Origin: Alphaproteobacteria bacterium
GTDB lineage: Bacteria; Pseudomonadota; Alphaproteobacteria; Bin95
Length of the DNA stretch: 64,000 nucleotides
Direction: 5' to 3'
NCBI GenBank assembly: GCA_963665325.3
Contig: CAXXWS020000004.1
Coordinates: 192,001 to 256,000 of the forward strand
Part shown: in pieces, positions 34,103 through 42,846 of the stretch
How positions within the stretch are numbered: the first letter of the stretch is position 1
Layout of the letters: each line of letters starts with the position of its first letter
The notes under the pieces: generated by a model
Seen by the model: only the letters and a program-made list of their open reading frames with translations
Told to the model about the DNA's origin: nothing
Database searches by the model: none
Made by a program: the position numbers and the translations under genes

Positions 34103-35989
34103 TCAGGCCGCGTCTTGGATCTGCATGCGATTGTCGATGAAGGCTTCCCGGCCGTCTTCGAATGTAACCGCCGTGCGAAGCTCGACAGACGTTCCGCCGG
34201 AGTAGAACGCCTCGATCACGTCAGCATATTTGTCGGCGATGAAGGACCGGCGCAGCTTGCGGGTGCGCGTGATCTCCGCGTCGTCCGCGTCCAGGTCCTT
34301 GCCCAGCAGCAGGAACCGCTTCACGCGCCCGGCTTCCGGCAGGCCGCGGTTGATCCGCTCAATCTCGCTGCACACGAGTTCGTAGATTTCCGGCTTCTGG
34401 CTCAGGTCCATGTAGTTGGTGTAGGCGAGCGCCTGGCGCTCCGCCCAGTTGCCGACCGTGTTGGGGTCGATCGCCACCATCGCGCAGATGAAGGGGCGCT
34501 TGTCCCCGAAGGAAACCACCTCGCTGATGTAGGGGGAGAATTTCAGCTTATTTTCAATAAATTGAGGTGCATAGGCGGACCCGTCGGAGAGCTGGCCGAC
34601 ATCCTTGGCCCGGTCGATCACGACGATATGGCCGCGGTCGTCCATGAGGCCGGCATCGCCCGTGCGGAACCATCCTTCTTCGTCGAACGCCTCCTGCGTC
34701 GCCTCCTCGGCCTTGTAGTAGCCGGTGAACACGCCGGGGCTCTTGACGAGGATTTCGCCGGTGTCGGCGATGCGTACCGTCACCCCGTCGCAGACCGGCC
34801 CCACAGTGTCCGGGTTGGCCTGATCGTCCGGCTGCACGGAGATGACGCCCGTGACTTCGGTCGAACCGTAAACCTGCTTCAGGTTCACGCCGAAAGACCG
34901 GAAGAAGCGGAACGTGTCGGGCCCGAGCGGCGCGCCGCCGGTCAGCGCCCAGCGGGTGCGGCGAAAGCCGAACTGGTCGCGCACCGGCCCATAGACCAGG
35001 AACTCGCCCAGCCGGTAGCGCAGTCCGAGGCCCGCAGGTATCGGCTTCCCCTCGACCCGGCAGGTCTCCGCCTGCTCCGCGACACTGCGGAAATACTCGA
35101 AAACCCGCCGCTTCAGGGCGGATGAGTCGTTCGCGCGCACCAGGATGTCGGAAAGCATCGTCTCCCAGAGCCGCGGAGGCGCGATAATTCCCATTGGGCT
35201 GAGTTCGCGGAGGTCCCGGCGCAGGGTTTCGGGGCTCTCGGGGCAGTTGATCGTCGAACCCACCATCAGGGCGGCGCAGAGCCCGTAAAGCGAATCGCCG
35301 ACCCAGGCCATCGGCAGATAGGCCAGATAGTCGTCGCCCTCCCGCACATCCTCCACTTTGCAATAGATTTCCGCCGTCCGGACAAGGTTGTCATGGCTCA
35401 GCATGACGCCCTTCGGCCTCCCGGTCGTGCCCGACGTGTAGCAGATGAGGCCGATATCCCCGGGCGCCACTTCCTTGCAGAGCGCTTCGAAATCGCCTCC
35501 GGCGGCGCGGCCTTCCTCCTGCAGGTCGGAAAACGAGGCCAGGATTTCCTCGTCGTAATCCACCATGCCGCGGGGGTCGGAATAGACGAGCAGCTCCAGC
35601 GTCGGCAGCTCGTCGCGAATGGAGAGGATCTTGTCCGCCTGCTCCTGGTCCTCGGCGACGACGACCTTGACCTCGGCATGGTTGAGAACGAAGGCGAGTT
35701 CGCGCGCGATCGAGTCCTGATAGACCGGCACGGCCGAGCCGCCGAGGCACATGGCGGCCAGCTGCGACCAGTAGAGATGCGGGCGGTTGTCGCCGATCAC
35801 GGCGAGCTTGTCGCCCTCGGTGAAACCGCGCGCCTTGAGGCCGAGGGCGCAGGCGCGGACATTGTCCGCATAGCCCTGCCAGTCCCAGGTCTCCCAAATG
35901 CCGTAAAGCTTTTCGCGGATGGCGGGCTTCTGCGGCCGCGTCTCGACATTGCCGAGCAGCAGCGCGGGAACCGTTTTTGCGTCTGCCAT
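34103..35989 (-). CDS. Long-chain acyl-CoA synthetase (AMP-binding)
   Basis: YTSGTTGRPKG, YGSTE, WFRTGD, TRTRKLRR. Confidence 0.92.
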   Translation of the reverse strand: MADAKTVPALLLGNVETRPQKPAIREKLYGIWETWDWQGYADNVRACALGLKARGFTEGDKLAVIGDNRPHLYWSQLAAMCLGGSAVPVYQDSIARELAFVLNHAEVKVVVAEDQEQADKILSIRDELPTLELLVYSDPRGMVDYDEEILASFSDLQEEGRAAGGDFEALCKEVAPGDIGLICYTSGTTGRPKGVMLSHDNLVRTAEIYCKVEDVREGDDYLAYLPMAWVGDSLYGLCAALMVGSTINCPESPETLRRDLRELSPMGIIAPPRLWETMLSDILVRANDSSALKRRVFEYFRSVAEQAETCRVEGKPIPAGLGLRYRLGEFLVYGPVRDQFGFRRTRWALTGGAPLGPDTFRFFRSFGVNLKQVYGSTEVTGVISVQPDDQANPDTVGPVCDGVTVRIADTGEILVKSPGVFTGYYKAEEATQEAFDEEGWFRTGDAGLMDDRGHIVVIDRAKDVGQLSDGSAYAPQFIENKLKFSPYISEVVSFGDKRPFICAMVAIDPNTVGNWAERQALAYTNYMDLSQKPEIYELVCSEIERINRGLPEAGRVKRFLLLGKDLDADDAEITRTRKLRRSFIADKYADVIEAFYSGGTSVELRTAVTFEDGREAFIDNRMQIQDAA

Positions 35990-36002
35990 GGCCCCGTCCT
36001 CC

Positions 36003-36800
36003 CTAATGCGCAGTGCCGAGATAGGCCTGGATGACCTTGGGGTCCGCGCGCACCTGGTCCGGCGTGCCCTCGGCGATCTTCTCGCCCATGTCCAGCACGG
36101 CGACCCGGTCCGAGATGTCCATCACCACGCCCATATCGTGCTCTATCAGAACGATAGTCGTGCCCCACTCGGCGGAGACATCGAGGACATAGCGGACCAT
36201 GTCCTCCTTCTCCTCCTGGTTCATGCCCGCCATCGGCTCGTCCAGCAGCAGCAGGGTCGGGTCCGAAGCGAGCGCGCGGCCGAGCTCGACGCGCTTCTGG
36301 AGGCCGTAGGCAAGGGCACCGGCCGGCGTCTTGCGCAGGTCGGACAGCTTCAGGAAGTCGATGATCTCCTCGCAGCGACGCCGATGGAGGATTTCCTCCC
36401 TCTGCGCCGGGCCCCAATAGAGAAGCGACGCAAACACACCGGACTTCAGCCGCACATGGCGCCCGAGCATCAGATTGTCGAGCACCGTGAGGCCGCGGAA
36501 CAGGGCTATGTTCTGGAATGTGCGGGCTATGCCGAGTTCGGCGATCTCGTTCGGCTTCAACCGGCCGATGTCCCTGTCCCGGAAGAGGATTGCGCCCTCG
36601 TCCGGTTTGTAGAAGCCCGACACCATATTGAGCAATGTGGTCTTGCCGGCGCCGTTGGGGCCGATAATGGCGAAGATTTCGCCTTTCGTAACGGCAGTGG
36701 ACACGCCGGCAACAGCGCGCACGCCGCCGAAATGCTTGCTGACCCCTTCTACCGAGAGGGTCGGGCCTCCGTCCGCCTCCCCAAGCGTGCTATCGGGCAT
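36003..36800 (-). CDS. Liv-type ABC transporter ATP-binding protein (LivG-like)
   Basis: GPNGAGKT, ARTFQN, LLDEPMAG, VIQAYLG. Confidence 0.93.
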   Translation of the reverse strand: MPDSTLGEADGGPTLSVEGVSKHFGGVRAVAGVSTAVTKGEIFAIIGPNGAGKTTLLNMVSGFYKPDEGAILFRDRDIGRLKPNEIAELGIARTFQNIALFRGLTVLDNLMLGRHVRLKSGVFASLLYWGPAQREEILHRRRCEEIIDFLKLSDLRKTPAGALAYGLQKRVELGRALASDPTLLLLDEPMAGMNQEEKEDMVRYVLDVSAEWGTTIVLIEHDMGVVMDISDRVAVLDMGEKIAEGTPDQVRADPKVIQAYLGTAH

Positions 36801-36899
36801 CCTCCCCCCTCGCAGCACATTTCTGTCGCACAGACGCTAGACAGTTCCAGGGGAAACCGGAAGCCAAAAAAACAGGCGTCCGTCCAAAGGGGCGCCGGG

Positions 36900-37640
36900 T
36901 CACGCCAGGCAGCGGCGATAGAGGGCGAGCAGCCGCTCCCAGTGGCGCTCCGCCGCCGGCACGTCGTAGCACCAGCGCTCCGGGAAGGCGAAGCCGTGAT
37001 GCACGCCCGGATAGATCTCCATTTCGCCCCCGTTGCCCGAGGCGTCGAACAGCGTGCGAAGCTCCGCCACCATGTCCGGCGGCGCGAGGTCGTCATGCTC
37101 GGCGCAGGCGATGTAAAGCTCGCCCCTCGCCTTTCCGAGCGACAGATGAGGGCTCTCCTCGGCGTCCGAGACCAGCCAGGTGCCGTAGAAAGACGCCGCC
37201 GCGGCGACCCGGTCCGGATAGCGGGCCGCGGCGGCCAGCGAATAGGGACCGCTCATGCAGTAGCCGTGCGTGCCGACGGGGCCCGGCGCGGCGTCGGCCT
37301 GCCCGTCCAGCCAGGCCAGCATATCGCCGACATCCTCCATGACTGGAGGGATCGTCATGCGCGTGCGCACGGCCCGCATCGCGGCCTGTTCCGCGCTTCC
37401 CTTCTCGAGCACGTCCGGGCCGTACTTCGTTTCCCGGCCAGCGCGGTAATAAAGGTTCGGCAACAACACGAAATAGCCGACCGACGCCAGCCGTCGGGCC
37501 ATCTGGTAAAGTTCCTCGCGGATGCCCGGCGCGTCCATAAGGAACAGCACGGGCGGGAACGGGCCGCCCCGCTCCGGCCGGCAGGTAAAGGTCTCCATCG
37601 CGCCGGCGCGCGTCTCGATATCGACGATTTTCTCGATCAT
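36900..37640 (-). CDS. Dienelactone hydrolase family protein
   Basis: MDAPGIR, PNLYYR, GYCMSG, HGFAF. Confidence 0.9.
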   Translation of the reverse strand: MIEKIVDIETRAGAMETFTCRPERGGPFPPVLFLMDAPGIREELYQMARRLASVGYFVLLPNLYYRAGRETKYGPDVLEKGSAEQAAMRAVRTRMTIPPVMEDVGDMLAWLDGQADAAPGPVGTHGYCMSGPYSLAAAARYPDRVAAAASFYGTWLVSDAEESPHLSLGKARGELYIACAEHDDLAPPDMVAELRTLFDASGNGGEMEIYPGVHHGFAFPERWCYDVPAAERHWERLLALYRRCLA

Positions 37641-37735
37641 GGCGTTCCTTCTTCCCGCAGTCCCGCCGCACTATACAGCGGCGGGGAAATGGGCCACCAT
37701 TTTCTCGAGAACCGGAAGGACGGAAGGAGCGCCCC

Positions 37736-38293
37736 ATGCATGCCTCGGATATCGTCTTCGCCCTCAAGGAGGCCTCGGACGGCCCGCACGCGCTCCAGAA
37801 TGTTCGCCGCGTGCTGAACGACTGGCGCGAGCGCATCGACGAGGTGTCGGAGGCGTTGGACTACATATCCGGCATCGGCGGCAACGCGAACCAAGCCTTC
37901 TACCGCACGCCGGAGCTCAGCGTGCTGAAGGTATGCTTCCCCTCGGGCAAGCGGACGCCGCCGCACGACCACGGCTCCTGGGCGGCGATCCTGGTGCTTT
38001 CCGGCTCGGAGAAAAACGTAATCTACCGGCAAGGCGGCGACGGCCTCGAATACGCCAACGAGGCTGTGCTGACGCCGGGCACGATCCTGACCATGCCGGC
38101 CGATGCCGCCCATACGGTGGAGAGCCTGGGGGACAAGCCGGCAATCGGCCTGCATGTCTATGGCGGCGACGTGCTGGGCGTCGAACGCAGCATGTGGGAC
38201 CCGGATACGCTCGAAGAGCATCCGCTGGAATGGGACCACTATGAAGTTCTGGCCGAGAGGGCTTCCAAAGCCGACAAGGCGCCGCTGACCTGA
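37736..38293 (+). CDS. Cupin / cysteine-dioxygenase-like protein
   Basis: PPHDHGSW, GSEKN, AHTV, LHVYGGD. Confidence 0.75.
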   Translation: MHASDIVFALKEASDGPHALQNVRRVLNDWRERIDEVSEALDYISGIGGNANQAFYRTPELSVLKVCFPSGKRTPPHDHGSWAAILVLSGSEKNVIYRQGGDGLEYANEAVLTPGTILTMPADAAHTVESLGDKPAIGLHVYGGDVLGVERSMWDPDTLEEHPLEWDHYEVLAERASKADKAPLT

Positions 38294-38352
38294 TACGCGC
38301 TTCCCGCGCCTTTCCATTTTCCAGTTCCGACGCAGAAGGAGAAGCCATACCC

Positions 38353-38793
38353 ATGGCTGAAATCGGCAAACCGGCCCCGGCATTCCGGGCCGTCAACCAG
38401 GACGGCGCGTCCGTCGCGCTGGAGGACTTCAGGGGGCGGAATGTCCTGATCTGGTGGTATCCGAAGGCCGACACGCGCGGTTGAACCATCGAAGGCAACG
38501 GGTTCCGTGACCGAATCCAGGACTTCGAGGCAAAGAACACCGCAATCGTCGGGTGCAGTTTCGACACGCCGGCAGACAACAAGGCCTTCCGGGACAAGGC
38601 CTCCTTCCCGTTCGACCTGCTGAGCGATTCCGACAGGGCGATGTCGGTCGCCTACGGGGCGGCGGCGGACGCCGAAGCCGAGCGGCCGAAGCGCATCTCG
38701 GTGCTGGTCGGCCCGGACGGCAAGGTCGTCAGGCGCTATGACGCGGTGACGCCGGCGGACCATCCGGACGAGGTGCTCGCCGACCTGGGCTGA
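38353..38793 (+). CDS. bcp: Selenocysteine-containing BCP/PrxQ peroxiredoxin (in-frame TGA at 38482 read as U44)
   Basis: MAEIGKPAPAFRAVNQDGASVALEDFRGRNVLIWWYPKADTRG*TIEGNGFRD...FPFDLLSD...RISVLVGPDGKV...HPDEVL; the TGA replaces the C of YPKAxTPGCT; AAGGAG RBS upstream. Confidence 0.9.
38489..38514 (+). promoter_or_regulatory. Candidate bacterial SECIS hairpin
   Basis: TCG..ACGG-GTT-CCGT..CGA; apical loop starts with G, 17 nt after the UGA. Confidence 0.6.
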
Positions 38794-38831
38794 CAGGCGC
38801 GCGTCAGTCCAGGATGAAGTGCGGGACGAGT

Positions 38832-38879
38832 CGCCGGCCCCACTCATCGGTTCGGCCGGAGCTATGAGTGGGGCCGGCG
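38832..38879. repeat. Perfect 16-bp inverted repeat
   Basis: cgccggccccactcat (38832-38847) and atgagtggggccggcg (38864-38879). Confidence 0.85.
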
Positions 38880-38912
38880 GTCCAAATCGACTCGTTGAAA
38901 GTGCTTTCTCGT

Positions 38913-39773
38913 ATGCATCCGCCTATCATTTATTTTGGAGAGATAATCAAACGCCGCGGAGTGTCGTTAAAGCGGTCGCGATTGGTGCGTCACGACAAAA
39001 GAGGCGCGGAAGAATGGGGAAGGAGTAAGGAGGCGTTCGGCCATTTTGCGAGTTATCAGTCGACAAGTCCTGGCCCGTACAACAAATGTCGATATGCGTT
39101 CCACTTTATCCCCGACCGTCCGCTCGACGCTGAAACACATACGGCGTTATTCGTCGGCGCCACCGAGGTTTTGGGCGAGTGGAAGTGTGACGGAAATCGA
39201 CAGGCATGCATGACGACCGACATTGCGCTGCAAGCATCAACCTTTAGGCCCCAGCTCGGTGAGCGTGCATATGACTTGGTATGGATACCCACGTTTGATG
39301 ATCTTGTTGAGCGTATTGTAATCGCTTGGGGGCCGCGCTCAAGCACACGATCATGGTCGCAGTGGCCGGAACGGCAAGATAAGAAAGTAATCGAGATTCG
39401 CCGAGAAGCCCAAGAGCCGCCATTCCCAGGCTTTCAGGCTTTCATCACGACACTTGAGGAAATTCCATTTCTACCACGTTCATGGTGTGAAGTACTCGCG
39501 TCAGTGAACGGAGTGTATTTGCTTGTACATCCCGAAGGCAAGCAATATGTCGGCTCAGCTTATGGTGAAGGAGGTTTTCTTGGGCGCTGGAACGACTATG
39601 TCAAAACCGGAGACGGAGGAAATCAATTGCTCAAACAACGAGGACAGGCGGACTATACCGTGTCTATCTTGGAGATAGTGTCGTCCGCAATGTCACAATC
39701 TGATATCATTGAGCGTGAAAATATCTGGAAAGAAAAACTCGGCTCTCGGGTACACGGATTGAATGCGAATTGA
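38913..39773 (+). CDS. GIY-YIG nuclease family protein
   Basis: GVYLLVHPEGKQYVGSAYGEGGFLGRWNDY...SILE...RENIWKEKLGSR..GLNAN; low GC. Confidence 0.85.
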   Translation: MHPPIIYFGEIIKRRGVSLKRSRLVRHDKRGAEEWGRSKEAFGHFASYQSTSPGPYNKCRYAFHFIPDRPLDAETHTALFVGATEVLGEWKCDGNRQACMTTDIALQASTFRPQLGERAYDLVWIPTFDDLVERIVIAWGPRSSTRSWSQWPERQDKKVIEIRREAQEPPFPGFQAFITTLEEIPFLPRSWCEVLASVNGVYLLVHPEGKQYVGSAYGEGGFLGRWNDYVKTGDGGNQLLKQRGQADYTVSILEIVSSAMSQSDIIERENIWKEKLGSRVHGLNAN

Positions 39774-39945
39774 TTGGCGGAACTGCCGGGAGAGGGCATG
39801 AGGTGGACGTCAGTTAGGAGTACGCATCATGCTCGGGCCGGATCCTATTGAAGTGTAACGGTAGTGAAAGCGCCGTTGAGCCGGCGTTCCCGGCGGCTCA
39901 TGGATTGTAGTTCCCGCCTAACCGGCGATCTGGTTCTGGCGCGCC

Positions 39946-41106
39946 TCAGTCCAGGATGAAGTGCGGGACGAAACAGGCGTCGTCCGTGGTGATGTCGCCT
40001 TCGTCCTCGCGGATGCACATGCCGGCTGGCTCGCTCGCCACCAGCCAGACGCCGCACATCGGCCGCCGGCCCTCGAAGGAGGGGAGCGGCGCAACGGCCT
40101 GGCGCACGAACCCCTCCGCGCCGTAAGGCCCGTCGAAGTCCAACACCGTGCGCCCGTTCTCCACGAAGGCGATATTCGCGCCTTCGCGGGAGAGCAGCGG
40201 CTTGCGGACATAGCGCCCGCCCAGCGATGCCGCCTTTGGGTCGTCCTCGAAGAATGTCGGCAACAGGTTCGGATGCCCCTCGAACATCTCCCAGAGCAGC
40301 GCCAGCAGGCCCTTGTTCGACAGCACCGCCTTCCAGCCGGGCTCGATGAACTGCGTATCCGAGCCCGGTATGCGGCTGCCGAACTCCTCCTCCATCAGCC
40401 ATTCCCACGGATAGAGCTTGAAGAGCCAGCGGACCGGATCGTCATCGGTATCGGTGAAGCGCCCGTCGTCGGACAGGCCGATGTCCTCGATGAACATCCG
40501 CCGCGTGGCGAGCCCGGCCTGCCGGGCACAGTCCTCCAGATATTCGATGGTGCCGAGGTCCTCGTCGGTGTCGCGCGCGCAGGCGAGATGCAATGGCCCG
40601 TCCATGCCGAAACGGCCGATGGCGTCGATCAGCCGTTCATGGAGGGAGTTGAACTGGTCCGCGCCTTTGGGGACGAGGCCCTGCTCCATCGCCTGTTCCA
40701 GCCATACCCACTGGAATATGGCGCTTTCGTAGAGGGCCGTCGGCGTGTCCGCATTGTATTCATAGAGCTTCGCCGGGCCGTTCCCGTCATAGCGGAAGTC
40801 CATGCGGCCGTAGAGGTTGCGCTCGCCGTTCCGCCAACTGTCCGCGACATAGCCCCGGAACATCTCCGGGACCGCCAGGCGCCGCAGCACTTCCTCGTCC
40901 GCCACTGCCCGCTCGACGACCTCGAAGCACATCTGCTCCAGCTCTTCCGCAGGGTCTTCGAGGTTCTCCTCAATTTCCCGGAGCGTGAAACGGTAGGCGT
41001 GGGACTCGTCCCAATAGCGTTCGCCATCGGGCGTGTGGAAGGTGAAGCCGTGCTCGGCCGCGACCTGCTGCCAGTTGTCGCGCGGCCTGACCGCCCTGCG
41101 CTCCAT
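39946..41106 (-). CDS. Glutathionylspermidine synthase-family ATP-grasp protein (YgiC/YjfC-like)
   Basis: YWDE, YGRMDF, EYNADTPT, DQFNS, FKLYPWE, LSNK, KPLLSREG, FVPH. Confidence 0.93.
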   Translation of the reverse strand: MERRAVRPRDNWQQVAAEHGFTFHTPDGERYWDESHAYRFTLREIEENLEDPAEELEQMCFEVVERAVADEEVLRRLAVPEMFRGYVADSWRNGERNLYGRMDFRYDGNGPAKLYEYNADTPTALYESAIFQWVWLEQAMEQGLVPKGADQFNSLHERLIDAIGRFGMDGPLHLACARDTDEDLGTIEYLEDCARQAGLATRRMFIEDIGLSDDGRFTDTDDDPVRWLFKLYPWEWLMEEEFGSRIPGSDTQFIEPGWKAVLSNKGLLALLWEMFEGHPNLLPTFFEDDPKAASLGGRYVRKPLLSREGANIAFVENGRTVLDFDGPYGAEGFVRQAVAPLPSFEGRRPMCGVWLVASEPAGMCIREDEGDITTDDACFVPHFILD

Positions 41107-41642
41107 CAGCCCCCGCCGCCGAAACCCGTAGCGCGGGCGCGCGCGCCGAAACCGCCGCGCCGCTGCGTGTAGAGCTTCTTCGCCGGACGGGCCGCGGCAC
41201 GCTCGGAGACCTGCGTGCGGCCGACCTTGTCGCCGACCGAACGGTTGTCCGCCGTGCGGAAGGCCTTGCGGTCGTCCCCCGAACGATATAGCGGCTGCGT
41301 ATAGCCCCGCCCGCCCATCATCTGCCCCATCATGAAACCCGCCATGAGGGGCATGAAGACGCTGCCGCCGGTACTGCCCCGGTAGGGCGAGACCTCGCAG
41401 CCCTCGGCGCCGAAATCGGCTTCGCAATCGGCGCGCGAGTTGTATTTGGGCGAGACCTCGGCGTGTTGCGTCTTCGCCGCATCGAACTCGCCATAACATT
41501 GTTCGGCAGTCAGGCCCTGCTCGGCGACGCACTGCTCGACGGTCTCGAAAATCGCGGTGTCGATCTTCGGTTCCTCGCAGGCCGTCAATGTCAGCGCAGA
41601 AGTGCCCATCATCACGAGAGCGATTTTGCCCGAACGTTTCAT
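41106..41642 (-). CDS. DUF1190 lipoprotein (YgiB/YjfM-like)
   Basis: MKRS...LTAC lipobox, PKY...CEADFG..C, FMPLMAGFMMG, QPLY, RRGGFG; upstream of the ygiC-like gene. Confidence 0.88.
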   Translation of the reverse strand: MKRSGKIALVMMGTSALTLTACEEPKIDTAIFETVEQCVAEQGLTAEQCYGEFDAAKTQHAEVSPKYNSRADCEADFGAEGCEVSPYRGSTGGSVFMPLMAGFMMGQMMGGRGYTQPLYRSGDDRKAFRTADNRSVGDKVGRTQVSERAAARPAKKLYTQRRGGFGARARATGFGGGG

Positions 41643-41670
41643 GGCGTCTCCTTCCTTCGGTCTCGAAGAC

Positions 41671-42840
41671 TCACCGCGCGAGCCGCATCTCGACCAGATT
41701 GGCGAAATAGCTCGAGCCGATGGGCAGCACATCGTCGTTGAAGTCGTAGCGGGGGTGGTGCAGCCCAGGGTCCTCGCCGGTCACGCCGCCGCCGAGCCAG
41801 ATATAGGCGCCGGGGCGCTCGAGAAGCATGTAGGAAAAGTCTTCCCCGCCCATCACCGGCGGCACGGTGGCGTCCACCTTTGCATCGCCGACCGTGGCGG
41901 CCGCGGCAGCAGCGGCGAACCCTGTCTCGCGGTCGTGATTAACGGTGGGCGGATAGCCGCGCTCGTAGCGGAAGTCCGCGCCGCCGCCCATCGCCGTCGC
42001 CACAGCCTCGGCGATACGCGTCATGCCGGCCTCCATGGCGTCGCGCATATCGGGATCGAATGTCCGTACCGTCCCGTCGAGCGAGGCCGTGTCCGGGATC
42101 ACGTTGAAGGCCGTGCCGGCGTGGAACATGGTCGTGCTGATGACGGCCGACTTGATCGGGTCGGCCGTGCGCGACACAAGTGTCTGCCAGGCCATGACGA
42201 TCTGCGCCCCGATGGCGACCGGATCGATGGAGAGATGCGGCATGGCGGCGTGCCCGCCCTTGCCCTGGACGGTCAGCGAGAACCGGTCCGCCGCTGCCAT
42301 CATCGGACCCGGCACGACGCCGATCGTGCCGGCGGGAAGCATCGGCGCATTGTGCAGGCCGTAAACCTCATCGCAGGGGAAGCGCTCAAACAGGCCCTCC
42401 TCGACCATCTTGAGGCCGCCGGCGCCGCCTTCCTCCGCCGGCTGGAAGATCACATTCACGGTGCCGTCGAAATTGCGTGTCTCGGCGAGGTATTTGGCGG
42501 CGCCGAGCAGCATCGTCGTGTGGCCGTCATGCCCGCAGGCATGCATCCGCCCGGGATGGACCGACTTCCACGGAGAGTCGTTCTCCTCGTCCATAGACAG
42601 GCAATCCATGTCGGCGCGTAGGCCGATGGTGCGCCCGGACGACCCGTTCCCACGGATGACGCCGACCAGGCCGGTGCCGGCGACATTCCGCGTCACCTCG
42701 ACGCCCCAGCTTGCCAGACGCTCCGCGACAAGCTCCGACGTCCGGTGCTCCTCGTAGCCGAGTTCGGGATGCATGTGGATGTCGCGCCGCCATTCGGTCA
42801 ACAGGTCGTGGTCGGCGGCGATGGAATTGACAATCGGCAT
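41671..42840 (-). CDS. M20 amidohydrolase (hippurate hydrolase-like)
   Basis: HMHPELG, LRADMD, MHACGHDGH, FQPAEE, GGEDF. Confidence 0.92.
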   Translation of the reverse strand: MPIVNSIAADHDLLTEWRRDIHMHPELGYEEHRTSELVAERLASWGVEVTRNVAGTGLVGVIRGNGSSGRTIGLRADMDCLSMDEENDSPWKSVHPGRMHACGHDGHTTMLLGAAKYLAETRNFDGTVNVIFQPAEEGGAGGLKMVEEGLFERFPCDEVYGLHNAPMLPAGTIGVVPGPMMAAADRFSLTVQGKGGHAAMPHLSIDPVAIGAQIVMAWQTLVSRTADPIKSAVISTTMFHAGTAFNVIPDTASLDGTVRTFDPDMRDAMEAGMTRIAEAVATAMGGGADFRYERGYPPTVNHDRETGFAAAAAAATVGDAKVDATVPPVMGGEDFSYMLLERPGAYIWLGGGVTGEDPGLHHPRYDFNDDVLPIGSSYFANLVEMRLAR

Positions 42841-42846
42841 GGGCTC

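Larger units (their letters stand above)
38796..39971. mobile_element. 1.1-kb mini-island bounded by 34-bp direct repeats (duplicated 3' end of the Gsp-synthetase-family gene)
   Basis: ggcgcgc(g/c)tcagtccaggatgaagtgcgggacga at 38796-38829 and 39938-39971; interior visibly more AT-rich. Confidence 0.8.

Noticed and set aside
38353-38793. bcp pseudogene with a nonsense mutation, or the antisense ORFs 37917-38597 and 38239-38847 as real genes
   Set aside because: The TGA falls exactly on the catalytic Cys codon, the downstream frame is intact, and a SECIS-like hairpin and tRNA-Sec are present. The antisense ORFs are shadows.
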